Origin: the human T2T-CHM13v2.0 reference genome, Homo sapiens
Strand: one strand, 5' to 3'
Length of the DNA: 64,000 nucleotides
Assembly (NCBI RefSeq): GCF_009914755.1
Contig: NC_060928.1
Both the position numbers and the translations under genes were made by a program. Position 1 is the first letter of the stretch; each line of letters starts with the position of its first letter. Positions 14,040 through 31,060 of this stretch are shown here, piece by piece. The notes under the pieces were generated by a model, which worked only from the letters and a program-made list of their open reading frames with translations, searched no databases and was not told where the DNA came from.

Positions 14040-17000
14040 ATAATTGGTAGAAATAAACAGAAAATCAGAAAGGATTAAAAGAACTCAATAACACTATCAA
14101 CAAAGAAGAACTAATTGACATTTATATAAGACTCCACCCAATTATAGAACAATAAATATTGTTTACAAGGGCCTATGGACTAGAGATTATATTCTGGGAC
14201 ATAATACAAACTCAACAAATTTAAAGATATTGAAAGTATATGGAGTGGGTTCTCTGACCACAGTGAAATCAAACTAGGAATCAATAACAGAAAGATAAAG
14301 ATCACAGAAAAATGTGCGAACACTTGGAAACTATTACACTCCTAAATAGTTTATGTGTCAAAAGAGGAAGTCTCAAATAAATTTTTTAAATACGATGAAC
14401 TGAATCAAAATAAAAATATAATATATATCAAAATTTGTGGGCCATACCTGAGAGGGAAATTTGTAGCACTAAAACCAGAAGTCTCAAATCAATAATCTAA
14501 GTTTCCATTTTAAAGAACCTAGTAGAAAAGCAAAATAAGCCCAAAACAAGCAGAAAGAAGGAAATAATAAAGACAAAAGCAGAAGTCAGTGAAGTAGAAA
14601 GTAGGAAAACAATAATCAATGAAGAGCTAGTTCTTTGAAAAGATCAATAAAATTGACAAACCTTGGCAGGACTTAAAAAGCAGCAAGAAATAAGACACAA
14701 ATTACTAGTATCAGGGAGAAAACACTATCACTACAGGCCTTAGAGGCAGCAAAAAAAAAAAAAATAGGGAATACTGCAAACAACTCTAAACATATAATGT
14801 GACAACTTAGAGGAAATGGACCAATTCCTCAAAACTGGAAGCTACCACTACTTGCCCAATATGAAATAATTTGAATAATCCTATAATTATTAAGGAAATT
14901 AAGTTCATAATTTTAAAATTCAAAAAAGAAATCTCAAAGTTCACATGGTTTCTCTGGAGAATTCTTCTAAATATTTTTAAAAAAATTAATGCCAATTTTA
15001 AATTTCTCAATCCATTTTACGAAGCTACTATTTTACTAAAACCAGACAAAGACAGTACCAAAAAAAAAAAAAGCCTATACACCAATATCCCTCATGAATA
15101 TAAACACCAAAATTCTTAACAAAAAATTAGCAAGTAGAATTCGGCAATAAATAAGAATTTTACACCATGGCCAAGTAGATTTTATTCCAGGAATGCAACA
15201 CTGTTTTAATATTTAAAAATCAATTAATGTAATCCACCATATTAATAGGATAAGGTAGGACAATCACACGATCATATCAACTGATGCAGAAAAAGTATTT
15301 GACAAAAATTCAATAACACTATTGAGGATAAAAACTCAGAAAAATGGAAACAAAAAAAAACTTCAACTTGATAAGCAACATTTACATAAAACCTACGACT
15401 AACATTATACTCAATGATAAAAGACCGAGTATTTTCTCTCCTAAAGATCAGGAACATGGCTAAGACATGCACTCTCACTACTTTTATTCAAATTAGTGCT
15501 GAAAGTTCCAGCCATGGCAATTCAGCAAGAAGAAATAAAAGGTATGCAGGTGAGAAAGGAAGAAATTAAGCTGTCCCTATTTGCACCAAAGACATTTCCA
15601 AAAACAGAAACCTCCTAGAAATAATGAGTTCAGCAAGGTAACGGGTTACCAGATAAACATTTAAAAATCAATTATACTTCCATATACTACCAAGGAACAT
15701 GTGGGCAATGACATTTAAAATATACCATCTATAATTGCTCAAAAATATGAAGTTCTTAGATGTAAATCTAACAAAATATATACAGGACTTGAATGCTGAA
15801 AACAATAATATGATGATGAAAGAAATCAAAGAAGATCTAAATAAATGGAGAGGCACACTGCATTCATAGTACAGCTGTCAATTCCTCCAAAACTGATATA
15901 TAGATCTAACATAGTTCCCATCAAAATCCCAGCAAGACTTTTGCAGATATAGAAAAGATTATTGTATGATTTATATGGAAAAGCAAAGGAACTAGAATAC
16001 CAAAAACAATCTTGAAAGAGAAAGATAAAGTAGAAAGAATCCATCTACCCAATTTCAAAACTTATTATGTAGCTACAGCAATCAACACTGTGAGGAACTG
16101 GTGGAGGGGCAGACACATAAATCAATGAGACAGAATAAAGAACCCAGAACTAGACCCACACAAATATTCTGAACAGTTTTAACAAAAGTACAAAAAGCAA
16201 TTCAAGGGAGAAAGAAGAGTCTTTAAAACAAATGGTACTGGAACAATTACAAATGAACTTTTCTTTACCTAAGTATTACACCTTACACAAAAACTAACTC
16301 AATATTGATCACGGATTTAAATGTAAAATATAAAACTTTTTTAAAAACATAGGAGAAAATCTTCAGAATTTAGGGTTAAGCAAGAAGTTTTTAGACTTGA
16401 CACAAAAGCAAGATCCATACAGGGAAAACTGATAAATTAGGCTTTATTAAAATTAAAAATTCTGCTCACCAAAAAACCTTTTCAGGAGGATGAAATGGCA
16501 AGCTACAAACTAGGAGAAAATATCTGCAAACCAAATATCTGACAAAAGAATAATATCTAAAAAATATAGTCTCTCAAAAGTCAAGAGTAAAAAAAATCCA
16601 ATTAGAAAATGTGCAGAAGAACGTTTCACCAAAGAAGACATAAAGAAGACACATAAACACACACACACAAAAAGTCTAACATCATTAGGCATTAAAGAAA
16701 TGCAAATTAAGACCACAGTGGATATCACTATACATCAATCAAAACAACTAAAAAAATAATGACAACACCAAATGCTGGTGAGGATGTGGAGAAACTGGAT
16801 AATTCGTATGTTGTTGGTGGGAATGTAAAATGACACAGCCACTATGAAAAAGTTTGGTAATTTCTATTTAAAAAAAAAAAACTAAATATGCACCTACTAT
16901 TCAATCTAGCAAGTGCACTCCTGCCATTTTTCCCAAATAAATAAAAACTTATGTTCACACAAAAACCTGTATATAAATATTTACAGTAGTTTTGTTGGTA

Positions 17001-17455
17001 ATAGCCAAAAAGTGGAAATCACTCGGATGTCCTTCAACAGCTAAATGGTTAAACAAACTGTAGTACATCCATACCATAAAATACTATTCAACAATAAAAA
17101 GGAACAAACTATTGACACACACAGCAATCTAGAAGAATCTCCAGAGAACCAATTGGTTTTTTTCTCAAGTTCGTACAGTCTTCTGGAGATTCTTCAACTG
17201 ACAAAAATATAGAAATTGAGAACAGATTGGTGGTTGCCAGGGGTTAAGATGGGGTAGAGGAAAGTGGGTATAGCTGTAAGAGGGTAACAGGAGGAAACTT
17301 TCTGCACCTCGATTATACCAATATCAATATTGTTCTAGTTTTGCAAGATTTTCCCATTGGGGGAAACCGGATAAAGAGTACAAAGGATTTCTCTGCATTA
17401 TGTCTTCAACTGCATGTGAATCAGCAATTATCTCAAAATAGAAGACCTAGTTTTA
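14040..17455 (+). mobile_element. L1MC/MD-type LINE, degenerate ORF2 through 3' UTR
   Basis: Recognisable EN/RT remnants (CTCTGACCACAGTGAAATCAAACTAG; ATTTATTCCAGGAATGCAA; GCAGAAAAAGTATTTGAC); L1MC-like 3' end CTGCATGTGAATC...TCTCAAAATA. Confidence 0.85.
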
Positions 17456-18639
17456 AAAAATAAGTAATTCTATGTGAGGTATAAATTGTCACAGGATTAA
17501 TTTTCCACCAATTATTTCCCATTGAAAAGAAAACTATATTAACCTAAATGAATCTTCAATTGGTAGAAAAATGAGAGCCAAATTAAGCGGCAAGGAAACT
17601 CTCGTAAGTTCAAATTCTGAAGCCACCTACAGACATACATAATCCCAGCTTCTTTACTTATCCCTCCCTCCCTACTCCAGCCAAAAAAAAATCAGTATAT
17701 TTAATTACTTGCCCTACACCTGAAAAAATGTTTGCCATATACTATACAAAAAAGATGAAGCATATATTGATATCACACAGAGTTTAACTATATATCCTAC
17801 TGACTCACATCTAATACTTGCATTATAGAATAAATATGCAAATTTGAACCTTCAAACAGGAAATGAAATTTTCTAAATCCATTACATAACTTCAGATTCA
17901 TGTGTGCACTGAAGGCTAATAAATCATCTAAACCTTCATACAGAGAACCTTTTTAAATTTGCATTTATCTACAGTAAATTCTGTCATGTTCTTTAATAGC
18001 TTGCTGGTTCAATCTAGCAAACTAGTGATTTATAGCAGTGACATATTTCAAAAATCAGAAATCTCTCACTATGTGACAACCAGTCAAAGTCCACTGAACT
18101 TACATTACTTGAACTCAAACATCATAGGATATGAAAGAGATAGCAAAATGTCATGCATTTCATATTCAAATCAATTTGAGTTTATGTTTATAAGTGTTTA
18201 AAACTATAGCATCACATACATTACTTAATACTTCAGTACCCCAAATATTTTATGTCATGATTCCCTCAATGTGTCCAAACTACCTGTATTTTAAAATACA
18301 TTTTTAAATTTGATAGTTCATAATTTGAAGACTCTACAAATCTTACTTTGAAGAACACCAAAATTTAGGGTACATGAAAGAAAGATCTATATATTAGGTT
18401 TTCTCCACCAAAAAAAAAAAATGTACTTTTAGATCTTTATAATAATTTCATACCAATATCCTTATGTAGGGAGATTTATCAGATGTGAAAATGGAGATTA
18501 TATTAACAATAGGGAAATAAACTGGAAATTACCAAAATGTTCACTGTAATAGACAATGTTGTTTTTGTCTGTATTGTATTTACTCTTCCTTCCATCCTCT
18601 TCCATTTATGGAATTCTGACAAGAAAGTCTCAGTACCTC

Positions 18640-19080
18640 ACACCCAGGTCACAGAGAGGTCACTTAAGTCAGGCCTGGCTAAATATATACTTCCCCCTTC
18701 TACTGGCCACAGTGATTAATACAAGACTGAGAATGTGAGCTAAGTCAGGCCAATCAAAATCATTACCAAGACTGTTTTTTAATTTATAAGGTGAAAAAGA
18801 AGGGCTCTTGGTCTTTGGGTCAAAAGTAGGAGAAATATGTAAACTGAAGGCTTCCAGCAGATATGTTCCCTGCCATGTGGACAGAGGAGGCCTAGCTGCA
18901 CCATAAATGGAAGAAGAATATTCTGGTGACATCAATTCCCTGTTTCCAGGGTTTCCCTGGTTCTTGCAGCTTCATTCAATGATGTAGCCTGGTCCTATGA
19001 ACCAATCATTCCCTTTTATACTTAAGCTACTTTGATGTAAGATTCTATCTCTTACAATGAGAAAATCCCGGATTAATTCC
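18640..19080 (+). mobile_element. Old MLT1 (K/L-like) fragment
   Basis: GGCCACAGTGATT...AGTCAGGCCAATCA motif; degenerate MaLR 3' end. Confidence 0.55.
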
Positions 19081-19289
19081 AAAAAAAGAAGGAACTAGCT
19101 GAATTATGGCACATACGTATAGTTGTATATAACACAGCAATTTTTTAAATCATTTTCATTCATAGTTCTCCACTGACAGTCTACGTTAGACTCAACATCA
19201 TCTTTTTACAAAAAAAAAAAAAATTCTTTGTGACACCCCTATACTAACCTGAAATAAAAGTGACACATTCCATTTTATCAATTATTTTA

Positions 19290-19422
19290 AAAAGATCAGA
19301 GATCAGAATGTGTCTTATAATCAATGGCATCTAAAATTACAATTGCAGGGTTTTTTCCTAATGCTGCATAAAAATAATGACAAATCTTACAACTTGGCAT
19401 CTTAGACTTGAGGAAACACAAT
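19290..19422. mobile_element. TcMar-Tc2 (Kanga/MER104-like) DNA transposon end fragment
   Basis: GTGTCTTATAATCAATGGCATCT and GGCATCTTAGACTTGAGGAAACAC resemble that family's TIR region. Confidence 0.45.
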
Positions 19423-21029
19423 AGATAATAAGACCTACCTATAAACAACAACAAAAATCTACAAAGTACTCTAACCATAATAAAAGAAAAATAATTAAAA
19501 TACTTTTCAGTATTTTTTCCATATATAAATCCTTGTAAATAACCAAATAATAAAGTAGTTAGGTCCTGGTAACTATATACAGAATCTACATTAATGTATG
19601 TTACAGAAACAAGGCACAGTGATTCAGGTGTGTATTAGATATTCAAATACTATTATATTCCAATTAGACGTGATTTTTAATTCTTCATAAAGTTCCAAAT
19701 AAAACAAAGTATGATTTTTTTCTTCTTTAAAGCTTACTTATGTTTCTAAAAAAACTCAGCATATGTTAAAAGTATTCAAAAAGTTTATGCTGATATGGAA
19801 AATGAAATTAAAGTCTAATAAGTTCAGGAGAACAGAGGATATCACACCTTGCTGTTTGCAAATGTATCTTCCATTGCAAGGTCCTTAGCAGCCTTAGTCC
19901 AGAACACTAAGTGTCCACTACCAACTCCAAATCATTCTAAGAACCAAAAATACTCACCAAATTTCCTAAACACCTCCAAGGAGCAGTACTGGTCTCACTG
20001 AGAACTACTCATGATTGGACAAGGAAAGATGTTTAAGATACATGATTAAAGGAAAAAAAGCAGATATGTACAAAATAACCTGTTGTATATGTGTGTGTGT
20101 GTGTGTGTATGTCTATAGAGAGAGAGATAGGTAGAGACAAATGAAGACAGATGCTGATACATATAAAAATGTGTAGGATGTATATGGGTGTGTGTGCTGC
20201 AAGAAGGGCAGACAATAAACTATTAACAATGGCTACCTCAAAGAAGTGGGTTGAGGAGAGGGAAATTAGACAGTCAGTCTTTCATTTTCACTTCATACTT
20301 TTTTAAATGAGCATATACTGCTTTAAACAATAAAAAAAAGGACTTTAAAAAATCCAAGTAGTAAAGGCCATGTCCAACATCATTCCCAAGAGCCTGTCTC
20401 TTTGCCTGTGTCTGTCAATGTCTGCCTGAGCCTCATCCTGACCGTCTATAAGGCCGTCTGTTTCTCTCTCTCTTTCTCTCTGTGCGTGGGGTGGGCGGGG
20501 TGGAGGGGGTTTCTGTACCTATCTCTCTCTGGTTCTTGGTATCTGCATATCTCTTCTTTGAGTGTGTCTCTCTTGAAATTATGTGTATCTGTGCTTTACT
20601 CTCTGAGTATCTGTCTCTCTGTGTATGCATGAATGTCTTCCTCCCGGAGCACAGACGGAAGCATGGGCCTTGACCTCCTCCCAGTCTTAATGCATTCATC
20701 TTTATATCTCTGTGTATGTGTCCATCTTCCACTTTCTCACTTACAATTATTTTGCTTCCTTTCCTCTTCTGTTTCCCTGACCCCTCATCTCCCTCCATCA
20801 AGCCCTTCGCCCATCTTGTCTTCCTCTACTACCTCCCCAACTGTTTCCATATAAGCAAAGTTCACACTGCTAGAGTGTTAATGTGTTCATAGCCCTGATA
20901 AACTCTCTTCAACTGGATCACAAATGATCATTTCTATCTGAAGAGCGTATCTGAAGAGTTCTGTTAGTTACAAAATAACATGCTAACTAAATTAAAATTA
21001 GGGTAACTAATCCTTATTTTAATAATAGA

Positions 21030-24830
<3,801 letters not shown>

Positions 24831-25078
24831 AAGTATCACTATGAACCAATTAGGTATTTTATCTTAAAATACATATACACACACATATACACATACACAC
24901 TCATACATAAATATGTAATGTGTGTGAGTGTGTGCGTGTGTGTGTATGTGTAGTTTTATCAACTGGAAAGGGGTACAAACAATGACCAACACAATAACAA
25001 TGAACATGCTTACTGCCCAGATTGTGGTCTTGAAATACCATTTCTCACTAAAAATCAGGGCTTCTTGAAGGAGTAGCT

Positions 25079-27311
25079 TGTATTAGTCTGTTCTCACACT
25101 GCTAATAAAGACATACCTGAGACTGGGTAATTTATAAAGGAAAGAGGTTTAACTGACTCACAGTTCCACTCCCCAGTGGAACTGGGGAGGCCTCACAATC
25201 ATGGCTGAAGGTGAAGGTGGAGCAAAGACATGTCTTTGCAGGCAAGTGAGCATGTGCAGGGGAACTCCCCTTTATAAAACCACCAGATCTCATGAGACTT
25301 ATTCACTATCAAGAGAACAGCACGGAAAGACCTGCCCCCATGATTCAATTACCTCCCACTGGGTCCCTCCCACAACATGTGGGAATTGTGGGAGCTAGAA
25401 TTCAAGATGAGATTTTGGTGGGGACACAGCCAAACCATATCATTCTGCCCACGGCCCCTCCCAAATCTCATATCCTCACATTTCAAAACCAATCATGCCT
25501 TCCCAACAGTCCCCCCAGTCTTAACCCATTTTAGCATTAACTCCAAAGTCCACAGTCCAAAGTCTCATCCAAGACAAGGCAAGTCCCTTCTGCCTATGAA
25601 TCTGTAAAATCAAAAGAAGCTAGTTACTGCCTGGATACAATGGGGGTACAGGCATTGGGTAAATACACTCATTCCAAATAGGAGAAATTGGCCAAAACAA
25701 AGGGGCTACAGGTCCCGTGCAAGTCCAAAGCCAGTGGGACAGTCAAATCTTAAAGCTCCAAAATGATCTCCTTTGACTTCATGTCTCACATCCAGGTCAC
25801 ACTGATGCAAGAGGTGGGTTCCCACGGTCTTGGGCAGCTCCGCCCCTGTGGCTTTGCAGGGTACAGACCCACTCCTTGCTGCTTTCACGGCTGGCGTTGA
25901 GCATCTGCAGCTTTTCGAGGTGCACAGTGCAAGCTGTCAGTGGATCTACCATTCTGGGGTCTGGAAGATTGTGGCCCTCTTCTCACAGCTCCACTAGGCA
26001 GTGCCCCAGTGGAAACTCTGTGGAGGCGCTTGTACCCCACATTTCCCTTCCACAGTGTCTTAGCAGAGGTTCTCTGTGAGGGCTCCACCCCTGCAGCACA
26101 CCTCTGCCTGGACATCCAGGTATTTTCATACATCCTCTGCAATCTAGGTGGAGGTTCCCAAACCTCAGTTCTTGACTTCTGTGCACCCAAAGGCCCGACA
26201 CCACACATAGGCCATCAAGGCTTAGGGCTTTCACCCTCTGAAGCAATGGTGTGAGCTGTATATTGCCCCCTTTTAGCCACAGCTGGGATGCAGGGCACAA
26301 TGTCCCCAGACTGCACAAAGCTGCAAGTCCCGGAGGCCAGCCCACAAAACCACTTTTTCCTCCCAGGACTCCAGGCCTGTGATGGGAGGGGCTTCTGTGA
26401 AGACCTCTGACATGCCCTGGAGACATTTCCCTATTGTCTTGGCAATTAACATTTGGCTCCTCTTTACTTATGCAAATTTCTGCAGCTGGCTTGAATTTCT
26501 CCTCAGAAAATGGGTTTTTCTTTTCTATTGCATCATTAGGCTACAAATTTTCCAAACTTTTACACTTTGCTTCCTCTTGAATGCTTTAGCACTTAGAAAT
26601 TTCTTCCACCAGATACCCTAAATAACCTCTCTCAAGTTCAAAATTCCACAGACCTCTAGGGCAAGGGTAAACTGCCGCAAGTCTCTTTGCATGGCAAGAA
26701 TGATCTTTACTCCAGTTCCCAACAAGTTCCTCATCTCCATCTGAGATCACCTCAGCCTGGACTTTATCGTCCATTTCACCATCAGCATCTTGGTCAAAGC
26801 CATTCAACAAGTCTCTAGGAAGTTTCAAACTTTCCCACATTTCCCTATCTTCTTCTAAGCCCTCCAAACTGTTCCAACCTCTTCCTGTTACCCACTTCCA
26901 AAGTAACTTCCACATTTTCAGGTATCTTTACAGCAGCACCCCACCCTACCATTACCAATTTACTGTCCGAGTCTGTTCTCACACTGCTAATAAAGACATA
27001 CCTGAGACTGGGTAATTTACAAAGGCAAGAGGATTAACGGACTCACAGTTCTACATGCCTGGAGAGGCCTCATAGTCAAGGCTGAAGGCAAAGGAGGAGC
27101 AAAGACACATCTTACATGGCAGCAGCCAAGAGTGTGTGCAGGGGAACTCCCCTTTATAAAACCATCAGATCTCGTGAGACTTATCCACTATCAAGAGAAG
27201 AGCAGGGGAAAAACCCACCCCCATGATTCAATTACCTCCCACTGGGTCCCTCCCACATGAGACCTACAATTCAAGAAAGATTTTGGTGGGGACACAGCCA
27301 AGCCATTATGA
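25079..27311 (-). mobile_element. Full-length THE1 MaLR provirus: 3'LTR 25079-25442, internal 25443-26963, 5'LTR 26964-27311
   Basis: Two same-orientation THE1 LTRs flank the THE1 internal region; 5-bp TSD TAGCT (25074-25078 and 27312-27316). Confidence 0.95.
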
Positions 27312-27316
27312 TAGCT

Positions 27317-28680
27317 GGTTCAAGGTCTGGAACTAGAAATGAAAATATGAGCCTGAAATATCTTGCCATAAAAATAGCAGAAACATGATCAAAGTCTAGT
27401 AGGGTTGTACCAAAAGGACTCAGGAATCAACCTGAAGAAGTGCCTACTGGCCAAAAATAAAAGTTTGAGGTTCAATAAAGTAATAATAATTGCCATCAAA
27501 TATGTTTAAATCCTTTAATTCATAATATTTCAAAAAGACAATAACAACGAATTGGTCTCCTGTAGAGGATAAGAAGAGAAATGGCTGTTACTTACAAAAT
27601 TAATGAATAAAAGGAATGAAACTGTTCCAATTACATATTTATATAATATTTATATAATATGTAACATAGTGTAAATCTAATATACTTATTATATTATCTA
27701 TAATTATATATAAAGAACATATAAAAAGTATATAAATATATAAAAGAATGTAAATACACAAAGAATATATTTATAAATCTATATAAAGTATACATAAATA
27801 TATAAAGTGTGTGTGTGCATGTACGTATACATACTTTTTTTTTTTTTTAAGAAACAGGGTCTTCCCATGTTGCCCAAGCTGGCCTTGAACTACTGTGTTC
27901 AAGGAATCCTCCTGCCCCAGCCTCCCAACTAGCTGGGGCTACCGGTGTGTACCACCATGCCTGGCTTATCTATGTATTAACTGTGCCACTGGATAACTAA
28001 ATACAACTGGATAATTAAATACATCTTTTCATAGAACTATTCCATTTAATACATGAAAAAATATATATAATATCATCATTATTCAGACTCCAGTGATTTA
28101 ATGGATCTAGATGTTGAGAATCAACAGCTGATAACATTATAAAAAGAGACAACCTGACATAAGAGCCTCCGGATGACAGAACACAGCACCACCTAGAGTC
28201 TAGCCAAAGGTATGGAAGCCAAATCTTCTGGAATCAACTTCCAATTTGCAGGAAATACGGAGGACACAAGAACATGTTAAACTACACCATGAATATGCAC
28301 TTAACAAAATCCAGACCATGGGAAATGCTAAATGTCAAAAGGTCCAGGTTTTTTAAAAGGTCCAGGTTTTTTTAACAGATAGAATGACCTGAGACTTAAA
28401 AAACGTGTTTTTTAAAACTAAGAAAAACTAAATTATAGATAAGGGATGTATTATTAGATTACATAATTACAAATAAATAAAAGAAAGTGATTACTGTAAA
28501 AGTCAAGATAGAGGTTCCATTTGAGGGAGAGAGGCAGTTGTAATTAGAGGGATTCTAAGATGACTGGCAAAATTCTATTTCTTGACCTACATGGTGGTTT
28601 AAAGGTAATTATTTGCCCTTTAGTTTTATATTTGTTTTGGTTTGGTTTTTCAATAGTTACAGTTTTACAATAAAAATTTT
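27317..28680 (+). mobile_element. L1MC4-like 3' region (continues from about 24960), with AT-rich low complexity and a minus-strand FLAM at about 27835-27965
   Basis: CCCAGATTGTGGTCTTGAAATACCATTTC...CAAAAGGACTCAGGAATCAACCTGAAG motifs on both sides of the THE1. Confidence 0.65.
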
Positions 28681-29749
28681 TATGAGAAAGTTCTGTCAAT
28701 GGTTAATTTCATATTTTAAAACATCTATATTCAGGCAATGCAATTCCATCATAAAATTAGTAGTTTCAGTTTTTGTAAACTTGTAACTCACAGCCTGTAT
28801 TAAATACATATAACACATTTCTTTCAGTGACTCCTAAGAAGCTTCTGATGCATAACTAACCTCCATATGTAAGTCACCTCAAAACAGTAACAGTGCTCTC
28901 AAGCTGCCTCAGGGAACATGGCGCCACCTCTCTGCTGAGTTATGTATAGCCACTTTGGCCGCCCACTGCATCCTGATGGTGATGGGGGAGACAGGCTTTG
29001 ATTGCCAGTCACACCCCTCTATCCTCACCCCATATTGGCTGTGGCTGTAGATGAGATTCAGCTGTGGGTGGCCTCAGCTCACCAACCACTGCCTTGGTTT
29101 TGAGGGTCAAACCCAGGCTCAAACAGGTGGGGGAGGAGGATAAACAGCCATATTCACAAATGCATTCTTGAATCACTGAATCTATGTGAAATAATTAAAC
29201 AAAAGAGAATGTCCTTAAAAAGAACTCATATTTGCAGGCCTAATCTTCACCCAAGAGATCTTAAAATGCTATCACCTTATGCATAAGAGCTAAAGAGAAA
29301 TACTGCAAGGCATCATGATATCCTGAGAAAACTTAAAGCTAAGACAGAAGAAACAGAGATTAGCCAGAAAAAAACAAAGTCTAGAAAAATCAACATTGAT
29401 ATATTTCAAAAGATTTAACAGCTGCAGAAAATGAGTTTCAAAAACAAAAAATACTATTTTTAAAAATACCAGTCTTATTATTTTTATTAGAAAGGTTAGG
29501 AGGATAGAAGAGAAGCAAGTAGACAAGCTGACTCTAAATTTCTCTAGGAAAAGTAAGCAAACAGGAATAGCCAGGAAGCTGTGAAAAAGAAGTGCAACAA
29601 TGGGAAGCTAGCTCCATCAGAGATTAAAACATAATATGAAATAAAATAACTTTTTTAAAAAGCGGTAGCAGTAGATGAATGTCTGCTAGATGAAGAAGAG
29701 AACAGAAAGTCCACACATAGTGCCAAAGACAACAGGAAATTATCACACC

Positions 29750-29985
29750 ATAATAATAGCAATTTTTAGAGCACTTACTTGTGCCAGGCACTAAGAATCT
29801 TATGTATATTAAATGTCTGACTACTCCATGAGATAGGTACAATTATTGTATTTTTATTTGAGGAAACTGAGGCATAGACATATGAAGTAACTTGCCCAAG
29901 ATCTCAGAGGCAAGAAGTGGTGCTGCTAGAATTTCAACCTAGGTAATCTAGCTACAAAGTCCACACTCTTAACCTGTACGCACTA
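29750..29985 (-). mobile_element. MIR
   Basis: GAGGAAACTGAGGC...AAGTAACTTGCCCAAG core. Confidence 0.85.
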
Positions 29986-30149
29986 TGGTTTTTCTGTTTT
30001 TCATTCAGGTGACATCTCAAATCATGGAGGAATAATAAACAATTCAATAAACAGCATTAAATTGGAATTCAATTTTTTTCTACATATGTTCAAATGGACA
30101 TTTGTAGAAAAAATAAATTGGCCCATATTTCAAATCAGGAAAAATTTCA

Positions 30150-30422
30150 GGCCAGACACAGTGGCTCACACCTGTAATCCCAACACTTTGGGAGGCTGAG
30201 ATAGGAGGATTGCTTCAGTCCAGGTGTGCAAAACTGGTCTGGGTAACATGGGGAAACCCCATTTCTACAAAAAAATGCAAAATTAGCTGGGCATGGTGGT
30301 GCTCACCTATGATCTCAGCTACTCAGGCAGCTGAGGTGGAAGGATCACTTGAACCCGGGAAGTCCCAGCTACAGTAAGCTGTGATCACACCACTGCAATC
30401 CAGCCTGGGTGACAGAGTGAGA
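30150..30422 (+). mobile_element. AluJ, tail lost
   Basis: Diverged Alu dimer ending GACAGAGTGAGA. Confidence 0.88.
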
Positions 30423-30560
30423 TGGATAAATACCAGAGTGATAAATACCATCAAAATAATACAGGAAAGCATAGAACTTTAAGGAAGTTCTGAGTAAGAA
30501 AAGCCTTTCTATGTATGATTCAAAACCCACTAACTATAAAAGAATAGCACAATAAATTCA

Positions 30561-30963
<403 letters not shown>

Positions 30964-31060
30964 TCAATCCCTTTAAAATAAGAAGCTTCTAGAAAATAAC
31001 AAAAACATCAACTCAATATAAAAAGGGGCAAAGTAACATGTTATTTAACAATGAATTTAA

